From: Piromyces finnis finn
Lineage: Eukaryota > Fungi > Neocallimastigomycota
Reading direction: 5' to 3'
Length of the DNA stretch: 64,000 bases
Assembly (NCBI GenBank): GCA_002104945.1
Contig: MCFH01000009.1
Span: 186,001-250,000 of the forward strand
Each line of letters opens with the position of its first letter. Position 1 is the stretch's first letter. Shown piece after piece: positions 58,787-64,000 of this stretch. The notes beneath the pieces are model-generated. The model was not told where the DNA came from and did no database searches. It saw only the letters and a list, made by a program, of their open reading frames with translations. A program made the position numbers and the translations under genes.

Positions 58787-58981
58787 AGCTCTTTCTTGAT
58801 TCTATGGGTGGTGGTGCATATCCGTACTTAGTTGGTGGAGTGATTTGTCTGGTTAATTCCGATAACAAACGAGACCTTTACCTGCTAAATAATTACGTGA
58901 ATTTTTTATTCGTGGCTAACTTCTTAAAGGGACTATAGATTTTTAATCTATAATCTATGGAAGTTTGAGGCAATAACAGGT
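58787..58981 (+). pseudogene. Isolated 18S rRNA gene fragment with substitutions and a 7-bp tandem duplication
   Basis: Contains universal SSU motifs ttcttgattctatgggtggtggtgcat, ttagttggtggagtgatttgtctggttaattccgataac and ggaagtttgaggcaataacaggt. AT-rich non-rDNA flanks. aatctat is duplicated. Confidence 0.92.
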
Positions 58982-59109
58982 GAAATATGTGGCTAATATT
59001 TAATATGTACAATTTTACAGTACAATTATTCTAATATTCATTACAGTATTTTTACATTATAATTGTAATATAAATTCTTACAAGTAAAATAAATTTTTAT
59101 TGAATTATT

Positions 59110-59730
59110 CACTCAAACTTGATTGTTTATTTTGTTTATCAAAATAAAGTTTGCGAATTTTATCATTTTTAGTCCAGTAGTATTTTTGGTTAATGTGTCA
59201 GCAAGCATATCTTCAAGATTTTATAAATTCTAAATTTATTTTATTATTTTTAAATGCATTAAAGATAAACTGTTCTATTAAGTCTATGTGTTTGTATTGT
59301 TGTTAATTGTCCATTTTCATTTGCTTTTTATGTCTATTAAATTGTCTGTGTATATTTTGTTGTTTTGCTTTTATTTAATATTTCTTTGAAAATATTTCTT
59401 AACCATAAAATTTTTCTAGTTAATTCAGAAGCACTAATAAATTCTGTTTTAGTTGGTGTAAAAGAAACTGCCTTTTGTTTCTTTGATGCTTGTTTATTTC
59501 CCATACAAATAATATTGACTGATATTGACTTTTTGTTAGTTTTGTCTCTCTCAAAATCAGCATCAGAGTAAACTAATAACTCACCAGAACCATCAATATC
59601 TAGTAGCATTATTAACAGCAAAAGCGGCGACAGGACGAGTACATTTTGCTAAGTGAATTAAAGAATTAATAGCAGATTTATAAACAGCTTTGTTAAATAA
59701 AAAGCTATTCTTAGAAACATAATTTTCACC
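59110..59730 (-). mobile_element. Degenerate Ty1/copia RT C-terminus and RNase H
   Basis: YKSAINSLIHLAKCTRPVAAFAVN, VYSDADF..D...KSIS, SKKQKAVS....TEFISAS, (K)HIDL....EDMLADTLTK. Confidence 0.85.
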
Positions 59731-60429
59731 AGTACATGTGATTGTAAAATTTAAAATTCAATAAATGTGTAACTGAAATTTTCATGTACAATTTTGTATC
59801 GATACATTACATTACGTTAGAAAAATTTTAATATAATTAACTTTAATAAATAATAAAAAAAATTTTAAAAGAATCTTAATTATTAATAAATTAGTTATTA
59901 GCAATAAATAGAAAATTTTAAAAGAATTAATTAGTGAAGAATGTTTAACACCTTCTCGAAGTAATATTGATTTTATAATTTTTATTATTAATTATTTTTA
60001 ATTAATTAATAATTATTAGTAATTATTATTAATAAAAAACTAAAATAATTATAAGGTTTCAATTGAAATTTTAATATAAATAGTTAAAGAAAAAATTAGC
60101 TACGATTTAATTGAGAATTATTTTCAAATTTATATAAAAATCTTTAATAGTTACTTTTTGACTTTGGAAAAGTTCCTCTTTTATGTGCTTGTAAAAAAAA
60201 CAATTTTTAATTTTAAATTTAAATTATTAATAAAAGAATTTTTAAATAAATTTTTATTTTTTTTTTTTTTTTCACTAAAATTTTGTCAAACTTTAATTAA
60301 TAATAAAATAATCCAACCTATTCGCCAACCTCTTGATCCACAAAATGAAATTAATAGGTTCCCATTTTGAACATTTTGAAATAGAAAATTTATTTTTAAT
60401 TTTATATATAATACATACTAATTCTTGAT

Positions 60430-61000
60430 TAAATAATCATAACATACACGTACAGACCTATTAAACAAAATAAAGAATTACCATTAGTTTTACAGAATAA
60501 ACAAGATTCCGACTTACATTGAAAAAGAAAATTAGAGATAATATTTCAATTAGGTCATCCGTATAAGGATTTCATAAATAGTCAAAAGCACTTTTTGTAA
60601 TTTTTATCACTTTGAGGATAAGATACATAAACTTTTTGTCTAAAGGAGCATTTTAGGTAAGCAGCTTTAATGTCTAATTGGTATTTTATTTAAATTTAGC
60701 AGCTACGGACAGGATAAGTTAATATGCCAACAATGTCTGATGTTGGTGAGTAAATATTGTCATAATTAATGTCTTATTTCTGTTTGTATCCTTTAACAAT
60801 TACTCTTGCTTTATAGGTTGATATTTTATTGTTTGTGTCGATTTTAATAATGAAAACACACTTTGTTGATATAACATTAATATTTTCCCAAATATTTTTG
60901 ATGAATACCATATCTACATTATTGTATAAGTTTGAAAGTTCACAACTTCTAAGAGCACGGCATGGTCTTTTATTATCATTTTTGTTATTATTTTCACTGT
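60430..61000 (-). mobile_element. Degenerate Ty1/copia RT N-terminal part (same element as 59110-59730)
   Basis: VISTKCVFIIK.D.N...YKARVIVKGYKQ...YDNIYSP, DIKAAYL, KSLYG, IGLYV (YVDD decayed). Confidence 0.85.
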
Positions 61001-61176
61001 TTTATTTGAAAATTTTTTGTTATAGTTGTTATAGTCATAATACAGTGTAATCATCTTCAAATATTCATCTTTATTATTTAATGATTATTTAAATTTTAAT
61101 TGAATTATAACTATAGTTAAGTTTGTATTGTTATAAACATCAATGATACTTTTATTCATTTATTTATTTATTTATT

Positions 61177-61248
<72 letters not shown>

Positions 61249-61329
61249 TTTTATTAATTGTATTGTTTTCATTACCTTTTATATTAGTTTTATTAATAAT
61301 TCTTTTATATAAACATTATATCACTCTAT

Positions 61330-61560
61330 CTAGTTTTCTTAAAATTAATTGAAATTTTGTGGTTGTTTACTAAATTCATTATATTTATCATCATCAATTT
61401 TAGAGGTTTTATTAAGTAACGCTTCTTCAATGGCTAACATTTTTTTTACGAATCCTAGCTTGTAATTCAGCTTGATCTTAATTAATTTGGCTATTATTTT
61501 CTTGTAATAATAATTTTTTATTTGATATAGGAGATAAAGCTGCCGATGGTACAGTGATTA
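61330..61560 (-). pseudogene. Second pseudogenic fragment of the LRR-TM family C-terminal tail, ending just before a family-A LINE
   Basis: VPSAALSPISNKKLLLQENNSQIN*DQAELQARIRK..., homologous to 42262-42480 and 39590-39800. Confidence 0.8.
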
Positions 61561-61720
61561 TAGGATTATTAAAATTTTAAATTTCCAAAAATTAGTCCCT
61601 CTTGGGAACGTGCCTTCATTTATTTAATAAATGTAGTTTCTCAAGGGGGTCTACTCATGCTCATGGTACTGAGAGAGTAGAAAGAATTAAATCCAAGTAT
61701 TGCGCAATGGATGCTTGGTG

Positions 61721-61890
61721 CCCTCTTAGGAACGTGCCTTCATTTATTTAATAATGGAGTTTATCAAGGGGGTCTACTCATGCTCATGGTACTGAGAGAG
61801 TAGAAAGAATTAAATCCAAGCATTGCGCAATGGATGCTTGGTTAGTCTTTAAGGGAAAATTATTAGGACTAAGCTCATGGTACTGAGCGA
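61721..61890 (+). promoter_or_regulatory. Hairpin-rich 5' leader shared by both LINE families (copies at 35640, 38814, 49605, 61597 partial, 61721)
   Basis: Complementary pairs read by eye: ccctcttgggaa/ttctcaaggggg, cttcattta/taaatgaag, tctactc/gagtaga, ctca-tggtac-tgag (twice), ccaagtat/atgcttgg around the palindrome attgcgcaat, ttagtc/gactaa. Function is inferred. Confidence 0.6.
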
Positions 61891-62486
61891 TTAAAAAACA
61901 TTTTATTCATCGAATTTAAGTATTTGATGAATAAGTTGAATGTTTGATACTCAGGTAAGTTTGTATAGTATTTAATTAGAAGAGTAATACATTTTGTTGC
62001 TGTATTTTTTCTTTTATTCATGTATTCATGTAGTATTACTCTTCTCTTGTAAGAATCCAATGTAGTCAACTTTAGCATTTGCATTGTATTTTTATATTCA
62101 TGTAGCTATTGTTGTATTGTTTCTTGTAAGAGACTGATTCACTCTACATCATGTAAAAATACTATTCACAAGCTTTCTGGTGTCGACATTCTTGATTCAA
62201 ATTTTTTACCAATTTAAATATTTAATGAAAAGTAAAGTCAAACAAGTTTAGTGTCAAAAAGCGAATCGAATTTACTAACAACAAACCAAAACTAGAATTT
62301 TTAAAGAAAATTTACAACTAGAATTCAAAAAAAAGAAACTTTAAACAAAGCATCGTAACAATTTTTGTACTATCCAGTACTTTTAAGAAGAGAGAGAGAG
62401 ACAGATTTTTTTCCATATACGTTATATTTGTAATTTTTATTAGTATTTATTTTATATTCAATATTTTTTAATTAGAATTTATTATC

Positions 62487-64000
62487 ATGTCAGTCCTTTA
62501 TATTAAAGATAAGAATTATATCAGACGTGGTACCCGGTCTTATGGTATCCCCTTAGATGATATTCGCTCCTTTATCCGTGGTATTCGATCATGGTCAGTA
62601 AATATGCTATGGGAAAAACTCGAGGTTATTCTAGAAGATAAATTTAATTCAGTTATTAGTGTTAAATATTTTCAAACTTTCAATGATCACTTTTTCTTAG
62701 TCAAGGTTCATGGTTCATCAAAAGATTGTATTAAAATCTTACACATGTTAAAGAAGAAACTTTCAGTTACCTCAATTTCCTTTTCAGCTCGTAGTAGAAG
62801 GAATCACAAATACACTTTTTCCACTCTCAAACGTAAAATTTTAGTTTCTAATAAACATCAACATTCTATTCAACAATCATTTCAACAATCAGTTCAACAA
62901 TCAGTTCAACAATCTCATCAACAATCCGATCTTCAACAAGATCTTCAACAAGATCTTCAACAAGTTTCCCATCATGAAAATATTCCAGATCTACAGCAAA
63001 CACAATTTCAATCTCAACATTCAACAATTAATTCTAATAGCTCTATCAACTCTGATAACAGTTCAATAGTTGATAGTTCTTCAGTTTCACCGCCATCTAG
63101 TAATAGTTCTACTTATTCCTCTGATGCATCATCCATTAATAACGATGACTTTAATAATAATAATAATAGCAACGATTCTTCCTCATCCAACAAGCCTGAT
63201 AACTTTTCTTTTTGTCTTAGTTGGAACACCAATGGGTGGAATCACGAAAAGAGAGATAGTATTAGCTATTTCACAGCTATTTTCAAACCATTATTTTTAT
63301 GTTTCCAAGAAACTGGTAATGGTTCTGGATCGAATACAGATTATCCTTGTCGTGTTACTTTGCGAAACTATAGACACTTTTTCAAGAAAGCTGACGAATC
63401 AGTTCCGGGAATGAGAGGTTTATATTTAGGTTTTCACAATTCGTGTCAAGCCTCACTTGAAAACTTCTCTGGAAAGTATATTATTTCTATTTATACTTTT
63501 AGTCTTTGGAATAGATTCAAATGCTCGATTGGAAATGTTTATATGCCTCATAGTCATCACAACATCTATGTTGATCATGCAAAGTTAGAAGTTCGCTTGT
63601 GGTTACAAACTCATTCATCCCATCCATCGATTCTTGTTGGTGATTTTAATATGTCTAAAGTTAAATTATCCAACTGGTTATCAACTAATGGATTAGGAGA
63701 TTGGGAAATTCTTCCGCTTAGAGGGTCTACTATCTCTTGGACTCGAGGTGATCAATCTTCCGACATTGACCATGCTCTTATCAATTCGAAGATGAAAGAT
63801 CTTATTCACTCAGGATCATTTATAAATAATTTTTATCCTGTATCAGACCATAAGCCACTTCTCATTAATGGTAAAATTATTCCTATGGAAGATTTTTCTA
63901 ATGACTTAAATGTTCCTAAGAAAATTCTGAAATGGAATAGACTAAAATGTATTGAGGAAAAGGAATCTATTCTCAGTCATAATAAATTCCAAATACTTTC
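62487..64000 (+). CDS. Single retroelement ORF (>504 aa, no stop in window): ~120-aa N-terminal domain, Gln/Ser linker, AP-type endonuclease
   Basis: Translated by hand, absent from the track: MSVLYIKDKNY...FIRGIRSWSVNMLWEKLE...QQSVQQ...SWNTNG...CFQETG...GNVYMP...LVGDFN...IDHALI...SDHKPL. Confidence 0.92.
   Translation, partial: MSVLYIKDKNYIRRGTRSYGIPLDDIRSFIRGIRSWSVNMLWEKLEVILEDKFNSVISVKYFQTFNDHFFLVKVHGSSKDCIKILHMLKKKLSVTSISFSARSRRNHKYTFSTLKRKILVSNKHQHSIQQSFQQSVQQSVQQSHQQSDLQQDLQQDLQQVSHHENIPDLQQTQFQSQHSTINSNSSINSDNSSIVDSSSVSPPSSNSSTYSSDASSINNDDFNNNNNSNDSSSSNKPDNFSFCLSWNTNGWNHEKRDSISYFTAIFKPLFLCFQETGNGSGSNTDYPCRVTLRNYRHFFKKADESVPGMRGLYLGFHNSCQASLENFSGKYIISIYTFSLWNRFKCSIGNVYMPHSHHNIYVDHAKLEVRLWLQTHSSHPSILVGDFNMSKVKLSNWLSTNGLGDWEILPLRGSTISWTRGDQSSDIDHALINSKMKDLIHSGSFINNFYPVSDHKPLLINGKIIPMEDFSNDLNVPKKILKWNRLKCIEEKESILSHNKFQIL

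Larger units (their letters stand above)
61597..64000 (+). mobile_element. Family A non-LTR retrotransposon, 5' part, apparently intact, runs off the window
   Basis: Leader (partially tandem-duplicated) 61597-61890, long 5' UTR colinear with 49438-48890, uninterrupted ORF from 62487. Confidence 0.92.

Noticed and set aside
58787-58981. Functional rRNA operon
   Set aside because: Only 195 bp, mutated in conserved positions, with non-rDNA flanks.
59880-60370. Possible ankyrin-gene remnant (ELISEECLTP..., FGKVPLLCAC) interrupting the copia relic
   Set aside because: Only a few residues resemble the motif and there are many stops; it needs a BLASTx search.
61660-61690. ctgagagagtagaaa in the leader resembles a hammerhead core (CUGANGA...GAAA)
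   Set aside because: Spacing is CUGAGAG rather than CUGANGA and stem I cannot close (C-A at the first pair). An HDV-type L3/P1.1 pattern could not be matched by eye either.

Overview
Extremely AT-rich, intron-rich eukaryotic DNA. It is most consistent with an anaerobic gut fungus (Neocallimastigomycota), judged from base composition, short AT-rich introns, intronless bacterial-type pectate lyases and an 18S fragment. The left part (1-27 kb) is conventional: two hypothetical genes, a LIM-LIM/C1/RhoGAP gene (Rga-type), an atypical unprenylated Rab-like GTPase, two paralogous intronless PL1 pectate lyases, a TOK-type two-pore K+ channel and long microsatellites. The right part (31-64 kb) is an accessory region. 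It holds three divergent LRR + single-TM receptor-like genes in which every LRR is a symmetric phase-2 exon, pseudogenic paralog fragments, a Thr-rich secreted protein, a broken CBM18 gene, Ty1/copia relics, an 18S rDNA fragment and local mosaic duplications. It also holds two divergent APE-type non-LTR retrotransposon families (called A and B here) that share one ~170-nt hairpin-rich 5' leader, present five times. Family A has a single ORF fusing an RRM-like N-terminus to the endonuclease and a poly(A) tail; family B ends in (TTTTA)n. Exon structures were read by eye from GT..AG boundaries and reading frame; no database searches or folding programs were run.
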